From positions 186,001 through 250,000 of the forward strand of contig NW_021831041.1 of the NCBI RefSeq assembly GCF_006345805.1: 64,000 nt of DNA. Direction: 5' to 3'. Shown piece after piece: positions 51,817 through 64,000 of the stretch; position 1 is the first letter of the stretch; every line of letters begins with the position of its first letter. The notes below the pieces were generated by a model. It was not told the origin of the DNA. It did not search any database and saw only the letters and a list, made by a program, of their open reading frames with translations. This DNA comes from Octopus sinensis (Eukaryota). Position numbers and translations under genes: made by a program.

Positions 51817-53275
51817 ATGACCTTTACGTGGTCACAGCTGAAATATGTGAAATTTGTTTTCTGTCGACACCTACACTTTGACATCGGCATAGTTGGGGGA
51901 GGAATGATCGGAATGGCTATGGCTGCTAAATTGGGTGACAACTATCACCAAATTAACTAAAAAATAGCATCAAGTCCAGAAATGAACAGAAAAAAGATAC
52001 TTCTCATAGAAAAGTACTCGGAACCCAAATACAACTTAAAAGCCAATTTCTTAACTCGAATTGTCGCCATAAACAATTTCTCTAAAAAACTTTTACTTGA
52101 TGTTGGTGCATGGGAAATTATAGAAGAAAACAGATTTTCCAAAATTTCTGCACTCCAAATCTGGGAGGCCGACCATTCCAACTTTCTCCGTTTTGAAGGC
52201 TTGCCAAAATACCCCCAAATTGCCTACGCTGTAGAAAACGAACTCCTCCGAAAGTCGGCCATGACCGTAGCTCGTGCGAAAAAAAATGTCGAATTTATAT
52301 TCGATCAATCGGCGAGAATTATTTCTTTTCCCACCTCAAAAAACGATTCCCTTTCTAAAATTGTATTACAGTTGGATAGTGGGGACCGTGTGAGCCTTGA
52401 TCTCCTGGTTGTTATATGAGGAATCAGTGACAGATTGGAGCTGATGGAGAACGTTCTGAGCTTAGAGACACAATCGGTCTTAGGTGTCTCAAATACGACT
52501 ATGGACAATCCGCAGTGGTCGGAAATGCAAGACTTTCTTCAGTTCATTTGGGTTAATTTACATTTAGGGGACTACCAATGATGTGGCCTGGCAGAGATTC
52601 ACCCCTTCTGGTCCTATTGGAATGTTTCCAACAGTTATATATATTAGATTATGCTAGACTCAGAATAGTGTATCCATTGCCTGGTATCTCCCCGACGAGA
52701 TGGCCAAATCTACTCTTACTTTGACAAATGATCAGTTTATTGAGTCATTTAACAGGAAAATGGCAATTTGTTGGTTATATGATGAGTAGTGTGGTATGAA
52801 CGCGTCCATTCCTTGTCTGGAAAGTGTCGATTTGAGTGAAATGAAGGCTATTCACGTATCATTTCAGCACTCTTTAGAATCAGTGTATCCTCGGATCGCT
52901 TTGATAGGGTTTGATGGTATTTGGTAACATAAGGGACGCTGCTCACCGTGTGAACCCAATGTCTGGTCAGGGAGCAAATCTGGGTTATGGGGACGTCGAT
53001 TGCCTTGGTAGAATATTGGTCAACACCATCAAAACAGGCGGGGATATTGGTTTGGTTGATTTTTTTGATCCATAGGAAGTTTACGAGTGTTAAAGAAATA
53101 TCAAAATGAAAGAAGACCACATACTGCCGCCATGTGTCTTGGAGTCGAGGGAATTAGAATGTTTTTTGGCTTATCTCATGCGTCTATGGTTGTACAGAGT
53201 CGGTCCCTGGTTTTGAATATACTTAATAATTTCTCCCCATTAAAAACCCGTTTGATGGATTTTGCACAGAACTAA
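51817..53275 (+). CDS. COQ6: Ubiquinone biosynthesis monooxygenase COQ6
   Basis: [63 protein letters not shown]. Confidence 0.92.
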
Positions 53276-53519
53276 TGTTCTTTATTAATTTATGTTCATG
53301 GTAATGCTAAAATATCAGATTAGGTTAAATAATAATATTTGCCGAATTCTTTCATAGAGCTAATATTTAATACTAGATTATCGCTGTATCCGAAAATTAG
53401 TTTAATTTCCGATAAATTCTAAATCATCGAATATTTATCAAAAACGATCCTTGGTCTTTTGCTAGCTTCTAACACGGTTTTGTTTTGTAACTTTTTTTTC
53501 CTGAACTTGGTTCCTTCAT

Positions 53520-54060
53520 GGAGAAGTAAGATGCTTACATTGTTTTGCAAGAAATGAAGCTCTCATCCAAAAACTTTCTGCCTAATTTCACGGGTTACTC
53601 ATATGTCCGGAGAAACAAACCGGACTTTGTAAATGGGAGCGCTTTTCTAGCCTTTATCAAAAAATTAATTCCTTTCATTAACTGTACTTTGCAAGTGTAC
53701 TTGCTACTCGATAATGACCCAGTGATTGAGGTGACAGCTATAACGGTCTCTATAGAGTCTTTAACTTGAAGAATGATCAATATGTACATTCCTCTAAATT
53801 TTTCTTTTCCTTACTAATGGACTCCTGTTCAAAACCTTCACCCTTTAGCAATGTCATTATTTGTGGTCATATGAACGCAAAGAGCTCGATTTAGTTAAAA
53901 ATCAATGCTTTGACCCAAAAGGATTTTTTTCTATTTAATCAAATTGATGGATTAGTCATCCTAAACAATCCGTCATCTCATACCAAAATCGTATCAAGAA
54001 AGGGCGACGCAACTCCCCCCACCACATGGTTTCAAACCACAACGCGCAACAATTACTCAC
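53520..54060 (+). mobile_element. LINE APE endonuclease remnant
   Basis: LQEMKL..FTGYSYVRRN..NMYIP..IICGHMNAK motifs, interrupted by stops. Confidence 0.55.
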
Positions 54061-54294
54061 TTAACAACGCTTTCCAAATTCGTCCTGGACGGTTTCAATG
54101 AGAAGAGACCAACTCTATAAAGCAAATGTCCGATGGAAGAAAACGAAAAAGCCTTTTAAAAATTCGGGTCAGCCATAATTATTCAAATTCTCGAAATAAA
54201 ATTTTAAAGTATGCTAAAAAATTCCTAGAACTATTTTTAGACGTGTTTTTTAAGAGTTGATATTGTGACAACATTAAACCAGGTAAAAATAATT

Positions 54295-56709
54295 TTATGT
54301 TGACAAAACAGTCAAGAAAAAATCATCCAATTCCCTCGAAACCATCAAAGATCGATGTCTACAATTAAACAAAAAATTAAACCGAAATTTCTGCATTTCA
54401 ACAACAGCCTGTTCCAACATGGCCAAATCACTCTCCACCTCTCCCAACCCATCATTGAGAGTACGGTCATATTCTGCCACACCATACTGGAGCCGATCCA
54501 CAAGACCACTCAACTCTCTAAAAATCGCTTTCAAACACAAAACTGTTTAATCTGACCAGCACACGAAGAACTCGTTAGCCCAACTACAGAACCAAGCTTC
54601 GCAGAGGCATGCGAAACATATTGTTGTTTCAGAGCACGTTCTTTAGCCTTCAGGGTCCATGTGAATTTTTCAAAAAAATAAAAAAGGCAATACGCAGTTC
54701 CCAACAAGGTGAGAGCCTTCCAACCAATATCCTTCAGCGCCTACAAATAAGACTGAAACACTCACCGCGCTGGATATCAAAGCAAACGAGACACCGAGAT
54801 TTCGGTAAAGGGCCATCTTAGACCCCTGAACCATCAGACTCTAACCATTTATATAAAAAAGCAACCCCCGCATTGTATCCAAATATTCTAGAAGGGTGGA
54901 GAGAAAAATGGAATTCAATGTCTTCACGGAAGTCAGAACAAAGCGAGCGGAGATCAATTCGATATTTCAACATAAATCGACTTGTGGGGATCATTCTACG
55001 AAGAACTTCCCCTCTCGATTCGGGAATTAATCTCAACATAGACTCTAAAAATGACTGAAAATAACACCAATAATCAAATCCATGGTTTCCCTGACCTGGT
55101 CATCAAGAGAAGCACATCTGGCCGACATACTGAGACGGACTGCCTCCTCTACAAACTCGTTGAGTCCCCTCTTATAGTCTTCTAATACTTCACTTTCCAG
55201 TCCAAAATGCCCATCAAATTCATTCAACAAATATGAGAGCCTTTTAATCTCAGTTTTTAATGCTTGGGAAATCTATTATTCCGTTATCACCAACAAACTA
55301 TAATTTCCGCACTTTCCAACACTTTTTGGATCATTTTTGCACTTTCCTCCACAGCTTTGTCGAAATTGGACTTGAATGTTGACAGTTGTATCCCAATGTC
55401 CTCTCTTTTCTCAACCAACGAGTTCCTCTAACTCATTAACGTCGTCAAAACCGAATATTTCCAGCTGCAGTAGAAACGTTAGAAATTATTTGACCCCCCG
55501 AGGTCAGAACTGATTTAGCAAAAAATGCATGCTGTTCAAATTTGGTGTGAATTGCACTATTTGAAATACAATCCTGAAAAACGAGTTCAAATTGTTCAAA
55601 CTCCGCCAGACGTTCGACCCGTCCACTCAATTCACAAATCACACCTTTTGTTAAAACAAAAAAAACGATTTAATCGAGTGTCCAACGTCTCTTTGGCAGA
55701 AATAAAAAAAATCCGTTTTTGTGCAGTTTTTTTGTCCGCGACTTGCAACTCATCGACCAAAAAGGCCAACGATCGCTGCACGTGTTGTTCCTTGACCTAG
55801 AAATAATTATTCTGAGCAACAGTGCTATAGTCCTCTTCTGTAAACCCAGCAGAGGCGTCCCAGTGGTTGTACAAAACAAATATATTCGGTTTTGAAAGAC
55901 GGGAACTCACTTTGACAAAAAAATTTTTTTCCTGATAACATTAGGTGGAGATTTACCGCTTGAGAAAGAGTAGAAACCGCGTTTTCAACGAGAACAAAAA
56001 CGTCGGCGTCCATGCAGTGGAGGTCAATCCACGAGTCCAAGTCAGGCGTCACGTCAACTCCTGGACTGTCCACCAACACGACGTCATCCTTCAACAGAGC
56101 TCTCTCCCTCTTTGGCACCAAAACACGCATAAGGGAGTCCGGACTTAGCTTGTTTGTGCTGATGTCTGTTGAGAGTTGTTGGACTCGCTGAATGGATTAG
56201 TTAAATAGCACTTTGAGCGAATAGTCCTCTTCAATGTCGTCAAAATACATTTTTGCCCTTTCCAGGTCGGAACCTTCGATTTGGATGAAACAGGATGTAG
56301 TGTGGCCAATGTTCGCGGGGACCAGTTCTGAGTGGAGCATACAGTTGACCACAGAACTCTTCCCGTTGGAGGTTCTGAAAATTTTTTGAGGAAAGGAAAC
56401 CTGCCAAAAAAGACGACCTTCATTTTGTCTCGCTGCAGTATTTTTTGGATTGCTTCCACTCGGAGCTCAAAATCCTTAAAATCGTTTTGACATTGAGGGA
56501 GGCCGAGCTTTTCGATTATTTTACAATCTTGGATAGTTTTAGTCTTTTTAATAAACCGGTGAAAAAGAGGAGGTTTCTGCAAAATATTCGGTCAAGTTTT
56601 TAAAAATTGAGGTTATTTTGTTTTTCGCAGTTGCAAAGTGTTTTAGTGGGGAGTCTTCGTTTGGAATTTTTGTATTAAAATTGTTTAAATTGTAATTATT
56701 TTTCGTCAT
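54295..56709 (-). CDS. MFN: Mitofusin (metazoan MFN/Marf type)
   Basis: [83 protein letters not shown] and a C-terminal HR2. Many micro-introns. Confidence 0.93.
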
Positions 56710-57558
56710 TAAAAACCAACCAACAAGGATAACACAATGCGAATAAAAAATAGTCTAAATATTTCACTTTTTAATACTTTTTTTTATTATAAATGTCACT
56801 TTTTTAGTTATTAAACATTATTTACTCGATTCTATATTTTACTTATAAGTTTTTACAACTTAGAAACTTAAAGGTTGGCAACCTAACTTCCTTCTCTTCT
56901 CGGAGACTTTGAAGACATTTTATGAAGAAAATTTTTATCCACGGTGACCATGCAAAAACTCAAACGGATGGATCAAAGGACAGCCGGTCACTTCATTACT
57001 CTGCCTCAGGCTTTATAAAGCTTTCGTAAAATCCGTCCTTATTAACATGAGAATGTCTAAAACGGTGACAAGGACTTGACTCCTTCATTAGAAGCTATTT
57101 GGCTATTTCTTATGAGTTGAGTGACCTATCTTTGGACCTTGATAATTATCAAAAATTTGCAAAACCACCAACCTGAAAACATAAATCTATCATTTTCTAA
57201 TTTATCAAAATTTCTGAGATCCTCTTAGTACGTGTGTGCCTGGAATTTGACATTAAGATTTCAGTTGATAAGTGAAGTCATCTCAGTACTCTTGGTTGTG
57301 GATTCAGCTAAATTTCACCAAAAAACACTTGAGAGTCTAAAGTCTTGAACTAGATAAACAAATTCATTTTTAATGTAACTTTTGAAGATTATGGGTCAAT
57401 ACAGGCATTTTTATGTAGCTTTGAAAGGTCTCAAGTGCTCATGAATGCCAAGACTGAGACAGTTAAATTGTCTGTCAAAATTGAAGGCAACAATTTAAGA
57501 TTATCTATTCGAACAAAAAGTTATCATGAAAGAATTGAGACAAATATATTTTAGTAAA

Positions 57559-60484
57559 TTAGACAGGCATATGAGCTTCTTGATAAAAATCAGGTTCATC
57601 CTCCTTGTACAAGCTTGGATGACGAGTCCCCTCAGAATCGATCTATCAATATTCAGACCACAAAACCATCGTAAGTTCAAACTGAGTGAATATCCGAGGA
57701 ATAATGAAACACCTGAGAAGGGCAATAAGTAGTATAAATATTGGGAAACTCAGTGAAACAACGGTTATGCTTATTGCGAATAGCACGACAGAACATATAA
57801 TTTGAATGAATGTGAATAAATGCATTTTTAGAGTCCTCATCTAGAACAACTGTTGGGACCAATATACGTTTTTGACGTAGGGCTTGTAAGGATGATACTT
57901 CACTGGCAATAAAAAGAGTTTAAGACGACCCATCAACTGCGTTCCTGCAAGGGAGGAGACTCCAATGTAGAGAACGATCCCAAACATGACTGGGACTGGA
58001 ACGAAACACAAAATTGGACTCATGTAGACCGACACCACTTCAACTATAAAAGAACAACAAATAAAACGTATGACGACGGAAACGACAAAGGCAGTCACTC
58101 TTTGTTCTATAATTCTCACAACCTCTGATTTCTCTCCGGGGGCGTTGTTAGCACTCACCACACTCAGAGCATTCACATGGGCCAGTGACCGGACCGTGCC
58201 TCCTGCCATGAAGGGAAATCCAAACGTTCCGCAAATGAGAGTGATGAGTCCCATAAGCATTAAATTGAGATGATATCCTGTCCCTTTTCTCAGCTTCCTC
58301 TCAGGCTTATCCAAGATGGCACTGCTCTACGTTTTACAGACTCGGTGACCATGTTATTTGAGTTTCCACGAAAATTAGAATAAACACGAAGAGGCCCAAA
58401 AACAATGAAATAAAAATATTTAGAGAACTTCCGTAACTTCGTGGGTCAACCACCCAATTCCGTTGGGTTGCGTTGGTCAACTGAAATCCCACAGGTGTCC
58501 GTAATTTCTGCACGAATAAGAAAGCCAAAAACTTGTGTGTCGGTATCAGTAATCAGGTAATCAGCCAAGGACACCACAAGGATAGAAATGGGCACTCCAA
58601 AGTCACCAAGAGTCCTCCGAATCTTCAAATAACGACACGTGGACTTACTCTTCTTCCGAAAAATTTCGTATTTCGGAAGGTTTTGAGTATCTGGGCTACA
58701 GAAAACGAGGACATAAGCAGAATCAAAGAAAGGAGGGCGACATTGTTGTGACCGGGGTTCGTTGAAGACAGTGGATATTCCAGAAAAATCTACCGTTTTT
58801 TAATTAGGGAACTAACGCGGTAAATCTTGCTGATGCTCTCGTAGATGAAAATGAACGAAATGACAAAAGAGAATATTTCCGTGGTGAACCTCGTGAGGTA
58901 GTTTATGAGCCAACTTCCGTCAAATCCTGTAAACACAGAACACGTGACAAAACACCAAAAACCGATCAAAAATCGGAATACCAGCAGATTGATACCAATT
59001 TGTTTGCTAAGCTATGATAGTTTGCAACAAAATTCCCCACCGAATAAATTGACGATTCCAATACCAAAATGGGCCCCGTAGCGCCAATCAAAACCAAAGG
59101 CTGACCGCTAAAGAGTGCAAATATGATGCCCCCCACACCAGAGCCCACCAATGTTTCGATTACTCCTATGTAACCTTCCAACTGAGTATCTATAATAGTC
59201 TTTTTCGTCACAACCCAGAATGGACCCGAAAGCGATGGTTGGAGAAAGGACTGCAAAGTACATGAAAAGGATTGTAGCAAAGGATTGAAATGAGATCCCG
59301 TCTTTGATGTCGGAAATGTAAAGGCGGTATCTTTCAGATACATCTTTGATGAAACCCCCAAAAGGTTTTCCAGTTTTTGTGATCTTCTTCGGCTCCGGAA
59401 TATCTGGAATAATTTTTGAGATTTAACCACGCTCGTGTTCTTTCTTTCCAATCTCAACCAACTCTTCGGAAAAGAGAATCTCCTTGTTTAACTCGTTCAA
59501 TGCAATGACGGCTGTTTGGGATAGCCAGTTATGGATTCCCCTTAACAGGTCGTCTTGGTTGTGGGCCTCGTACATCACTTGGCGGAACTCCTTCGAAATT
59601 TCGGAAAAAACTCAACTTTATTGGACATTAGAGACGCAATGGCTCTCCCAATTTCATGGCATTCCTCTTTAAGTTCACTAGGTTCGAGCAATAAGCAAAT
59701 AAATCTAGTTGGAAGCTTCAATTCTGTCAAATTCTCCAAATATCGAGCGTATTTGAGTTTCAGAATCACCACTGACAATTTTTTAACAAAATTCAGTGCT
59801 CCGACCAAAACCACCCCGACTTCCGACTGATCACACAATTTAGTGATTTTTGCCAGCTCGTTCAGGGTTTGTTTTCTTCTATACTTGTGATAAATATGCG
59901 AAATGTCCCCCTAAACTATGAGACCAAGTAATTTGAACGTAGACTGTGTGTCGAGCCTTGTTGTCTTCAGCCTCCTCTTGCACGTGTCTAACATTGGAAA
60001 GTGTGAATTACTTGTGTTTGAGTAACAGAATGTTGATTATTTCAGAAGAATCTTCGTGCTTGATTTCATTATTTGCAACCAAAGCATCGGCGATTGTTTC
60101 TGAAATTTCCTTCAAAGTTTCATTTTCAACGTTCATTAGGACAATTCCTGAAATTCTTTTAGAGAATAAAACCTGATTCAAGGCCTTTCATTAACTCCGA
60201 CAGAGAACGATATGACAGGTAAGATCTATGTGGCTTTCCCCACGTGAGGTGAACATCTTCAAAGTCTTCCTCGTATTTAATCCACCTCGCAGTTTCCTTC
60301 CAAATTGTTTGGTTATCTTCAAATGTCAACTCGTCCAATTCAACAAAGAACTAAAATATGATTAGACTGCTAATACTTTATCTGGTCCATTTTGTTCGGT
60401 CGGTTCCTTAGAGTCAGCGATATAAATTTTATCATCCAAGTCACTGGTCTGTTTGTTAGAAGTAATTTTATTGTTGGATGTCAT
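57559..60484 (-). CDS. SLC4A2: SLC4 anion exchanger (AE2/AE3-like)
   Basis: WKETARWIKYEED..WGKPH, EIGRAIASLMS, FSGQPLVLIGATGP, GDFGVPISI, LRKGTGYHL, TVRSLAHVNAL, EQRVT and the C-terminus YQEAHMPV*. Confidence 0.92.
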
Positions 60485-61509
60485 TCAAAATATTCATAAA
60501 TAACCAAAAATGAATTAGAAAACTGCGCTAACGAAAAGAAATATATTTTATTTCCGGTAATCAAAGAATTACTGTTCTACTTAGTTGTGTTATTGATTCA
60601 TCATACATAATCAAGCAAACGATTTCATATTAGAACATCAATGAAAGAAACATGTTTTACCTGAGTGGGAATTTGAGTGTGCTCGATATTGACCGTACAC
60701 ATAATTGATTTTTTTTATTTTAATAGGATTTTTAGAATAACAATTTCTAAAGTAATATATATTTAATAGCTATTTTCAAGTGCATTCGACCTCTGAATAA
60801 AGTAATTACAAATAAAAAACTTAGAATCAATCAATTTTACATAGCTTTGATGAATTTTAGAACTAAAAAACATTTATTGATTCAATATACTTGTATTTAT
60901 GTTCAAAAGAAAGATATAATTTTAATGACCTATATTTTAGTTACAGATTTCTTGAAAATCAGCTTTTTCCGCGAATCTACATTTTTCATAGTTTATATTC
61001 GAGAAAGCTTCTTACGTTCGCTAATAATGGTTACTTCTACATATCAGTAGAGACATACATAACACAAATTGTGACTGTTACTAATCATATTAAAAAACCA
61101 TCTTTATACGTGTTGTAACACTGATTGCGACTGACATTGTAATTTCCCATGGTCTCTAATTTGAATTGTCAAAATAAAACTTAAACAACGCCTTTCAACG
61201 ATTTTTAAACAAGTAATCTGTGAACTGCAAAAATGGTGCATTATTTTAAGAAACAAAAATTATTATACGAAGAAACCTGTTTTGTTAGCTTACTACCAAC
61301 GAATCGAGAAACTCCACATATGATTATTTCAGCCAGAATCCCCGTGTTAGGGAATGAAAAATATCGTATTTTTCACAGAATGAGAAAACCAAAGCCACGC
61401 CTACGGAAGGTTGGCTAAACGAAAATTATAAAAGTAAACTAAATTTGGCACAAAATTTTTCGGACTTGTATAGATCGGAAATACATTTTTATTTGTAAAT
61501 TGAAAATAT

Positions 61510-62389
61510 TTATTTGGAAATGTCAATCCTACTGTCCATGACTGCCTTGACCTTCGTCTCGGTATACTCATTAATGTTGAGCTCTGTAAGCTGATTTGTA
61601 CTTTTACGAAGCTGACCATAAATACATATTTACTATACTTCGTTTACAACATCCCTAAGCACAGATTTGTATTCTTCTTTAGTAATTTTTTTATCAAAAT
61701 AGTACGGGTCTAGCGTCTCCTTTGCATGTTTTTCGATACGTGCAATAACAGGCTAATAATGTAATGATATGCAGTACAGAGGGGTTTGGTCCAAATTGTT
61801 TGCTAAAGTTGATTCGAGAGGCCCACTCGGAGTCGACTGGATAACACGAGGTCACTCGAGTGACTGCTGAATCAAAATAATCTAAAATTTCACTCAAAGC
61901 AGCATCTACAAGTTTAAAGCCAATCTACCGACTTTGAAAATCTGAACTAGTTTTGTTGTCAATGACGTCTTTCTCAGGAGATGCTGGACTGGGCTGTTTT
62001 TCCGGAGACTTGATGACAGGTTCAGGTGCCTCGCCAATCGGTCTCCAAAGGTGTGGATGGTATTTGGGACTGGTGACAGTCTCTGCCTGCTTGCAGCGAT
62101 AATACGAAGGCAAGGAGTTAACATCAAGCTACAGGAATAAGCAAATTACTCAACTTTGTAAAGATACTCGTACGTATTGGCATTTCTTATGTAAATGATC
62201 TTGAAGTGGCGCTTGTCTATTGGGCAGACAAAGTTTTGAATCTATCTTATTGGCTATGACGAGTACTTTGACGTGTTGTAGGAGACATGGAATGCAAAAA
62301 AAGTGATGACAAATGTCAGGATTGCAGAGTTCAGAAATATTTTCGGTTTTCTGACATATCTGACATTTGAAATCTTCAGGTGATATCAT
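61510..62389 (-). CDS. Miniaturised SCAF11/PHRF1-like protein (RING plus C-terminal Pol II CTD-binding-type domain)
   Basis: RING CQIC..CHHFFCIPCL..CPIDKRHF. C-terminal KETLDPYYFDKKITKEEYKSVLRDVVNE resembles the SCAF11/PHRF1 'IKPFYQ..ITKEEYKxIxRK' domain. Confidence 0.7.
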
Positions 62390-62528
62390 TAAAATAAAGA
62401 AATATGTTATATAAGTATTACGCGTAGCTTTTATATTAATTAGAGAGATTTGGTTAATCACATTAAAATTTTCATCAAATAATAAAATAATTTAATAGCA
62501 TCGTTATTCTAGTGGTGACCTCAAAGAA

Positions 62529-64000
62529 ATGACCGACCTTTTGGATGGGGCAACCGATGACTGGTACCAAGTCGGAAACGAATGTTTTTATCAGTGAGCA
62601 CACTTTCAATAAACCCCCAGAAAAATAAGAAAATACTCATTTAATTGGAGTTACAACTTTCCGTTCACAGCCAACAGCGTCATCCCTTGTTTCTACGGAG
62701 GACCTATAGGTAGGTAACCCACCACAATCTCAGCCATCGCCGTTCCAATAAAGGGGTCCGAAAACTCATTTACTCCATATTTTGTCAACAATGCCGGACT
62801 ATCCTTCAGAGTTAAGAAGAAAGTAATACTTTGGCCACATTTATCAGTTTGATGTGCACAGGAATGTGAAAATGGGCTGGACTGCAAAAGTCGAGTTCAT
62901 ATCGATATCCTCTGAGGGTGAAGTCCGAGTATATTCCATAATAAGCGGAGACTACACTGCCAACTCCTCGATTTCAGTTAGAAAATGTGGTCATATTCAA
63001 TCAGAATATAATTGACAAGAAAAAAGAGAGAATTATCGACGCTTTGTTGTTCACGAGGAGAAATAAGCAGACGGGGGTGTTGTTTCTCTCCAATCTGAGC
63101 AATCTCTACCTTTTGCACAACATTGAAACAAACAGAATAGATAAACTGCCCAAAGTTCCTGGTTTGGCATTTCTAAGTAATTGAAAGATATGAAAGTCCC
63201 TGTTTGTTGGACAGTGGGGGAGGATAAGGACCTGAATATCCTCATAGGCACTTCTTCCGGACTGTACTCTCCATACCCTTTGAACGGGAGAATTGTATTG
63301 GTATATCACTATGCAGTCAATTGGGGTGGATTCGTGTGTGACCAAGAATTTGATACTTGCAGCCTCCAGCTTTACTGGTGCCAGGATAGCGTTGTTAAAC
63401 AGTGATGGAATACTGTGGATTGGACTGGTTAATATGAAGAAAACAATCCTGCAGTTGCAGACGTCTGAACATGCCTCCAATCCGACACAAATGGCCTGGT
63501 AGAGACATATTTCTATCATTTTAGGTGTGGAAGTAACGCGGTTGCTTTGCTGTGTTCCTCTCTGCTAATCCTGTACGGAATGGACGGGGAATACTCACAG
63601 TATTGCTGTGGTTGTATGAAATAGATTTTATGTTGATTCAAAGTCGCTGTTGATTAGTGAAATTGACAGTCTCCGTATGCTGATGCCAAACAGACAGGAA
63701 ATACTCGTGGAATTGGACCGTATTTGTAATGTGTGATTGATTTGGCAGAACAGGTGGTGGATACTCTGAGGATCGGTTCCACTGCTCCTTCAATATATCT
63801 TTTACGGTCTAAGCTGTCATCAGATGAACAGGAATCCGTGACAAACATGGTCATGATTAGAGACCAGCTCTGTCAAGCCGCCACGGAATGTTCAAAGGCA
63901 GCACTGCACGTTCAAAACATACAACTCCAACGTTGGCTGTTGCTTGTACTCATTGTCACTAAAGTGAGGCAGCCACGTTTGGGAAATCGTCGTGTAACAA
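62529..64000 (+). CDS. VPS16: Vacuolar protein sorting 16 (5' part; runs off the window)
   Basis: ATDDWYQVGNECFY..YSFNW..FYGGPI, PTQMAWCGSNAV and EIDS, matching the VPS16 N-terminal beta-propeller. Micro-introns throughout. Confidence 0.85.

Noticed and set aside
56860-57460. Possible TE remnant between MFN and SLC4
   Set aside because: Only a weak terminal-repeat-like motif (AGGTTGGCAACCT) and no convincing protein motif.
1-64000. Alternative genetic code (stop reassignment) to explain the fragmented ORFs
   Set aside because: In-frame stops fall inside removable micro-introns, and TAA, TAG and TGA all terminate recognisable genes.
1-64000. CRISPR array, rRNA, tRNA or prokaryotic operons
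   Set aside because: No repeat-spacer structure or RNA-gene signature was recognised by eye, and the genes are intron-containing eukaryotic genes. A covariance-model scan was not run.

Overview
AT-rich eukaryotic (animal-type) nuclear DNA with ultra-short spliceosomal introns, mostly 19-30 nt. This is why the six-frame ORF track looks fragmented. After manual splicing, the window holds about 17 host genes: a divergent histone H3 variant, ATAT1, SPT4, a secreted C-type lectin, SLC25A39/40, a large RTKSG-repeat protein, NUP50, NCBP2, DCDC1, a degenerate Ras-family GTPase, ZDHHC3/7, COQ6, mitofusin, an SLC4 anion exchanger, a miniaturised SCAF11/PHRF1, VPS16 (running off the end) and one possible microprotein. 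The first ~43 kb is rich in transposon remnants: hAT/Buster, pogo/Tigger, a TIR- and TSD-bounded Ginger2/TDD-type integrase element with host-style micro-introns, a Helitron, and RTE, Jockey/I-like, CRE-like, R4-like and L1-like non-LTR elements. The last ~20 kb is a densely packed gene block. Tiny introns, metazoan genes and cilia-associated genes together suggest a reduced-genome ciliated parasite such as a dicyemid mesozoan; this is inference only. All family assignments come from recalled motifs, not from database searches. No rRNA, tRNA or CRISPR array was recognised.
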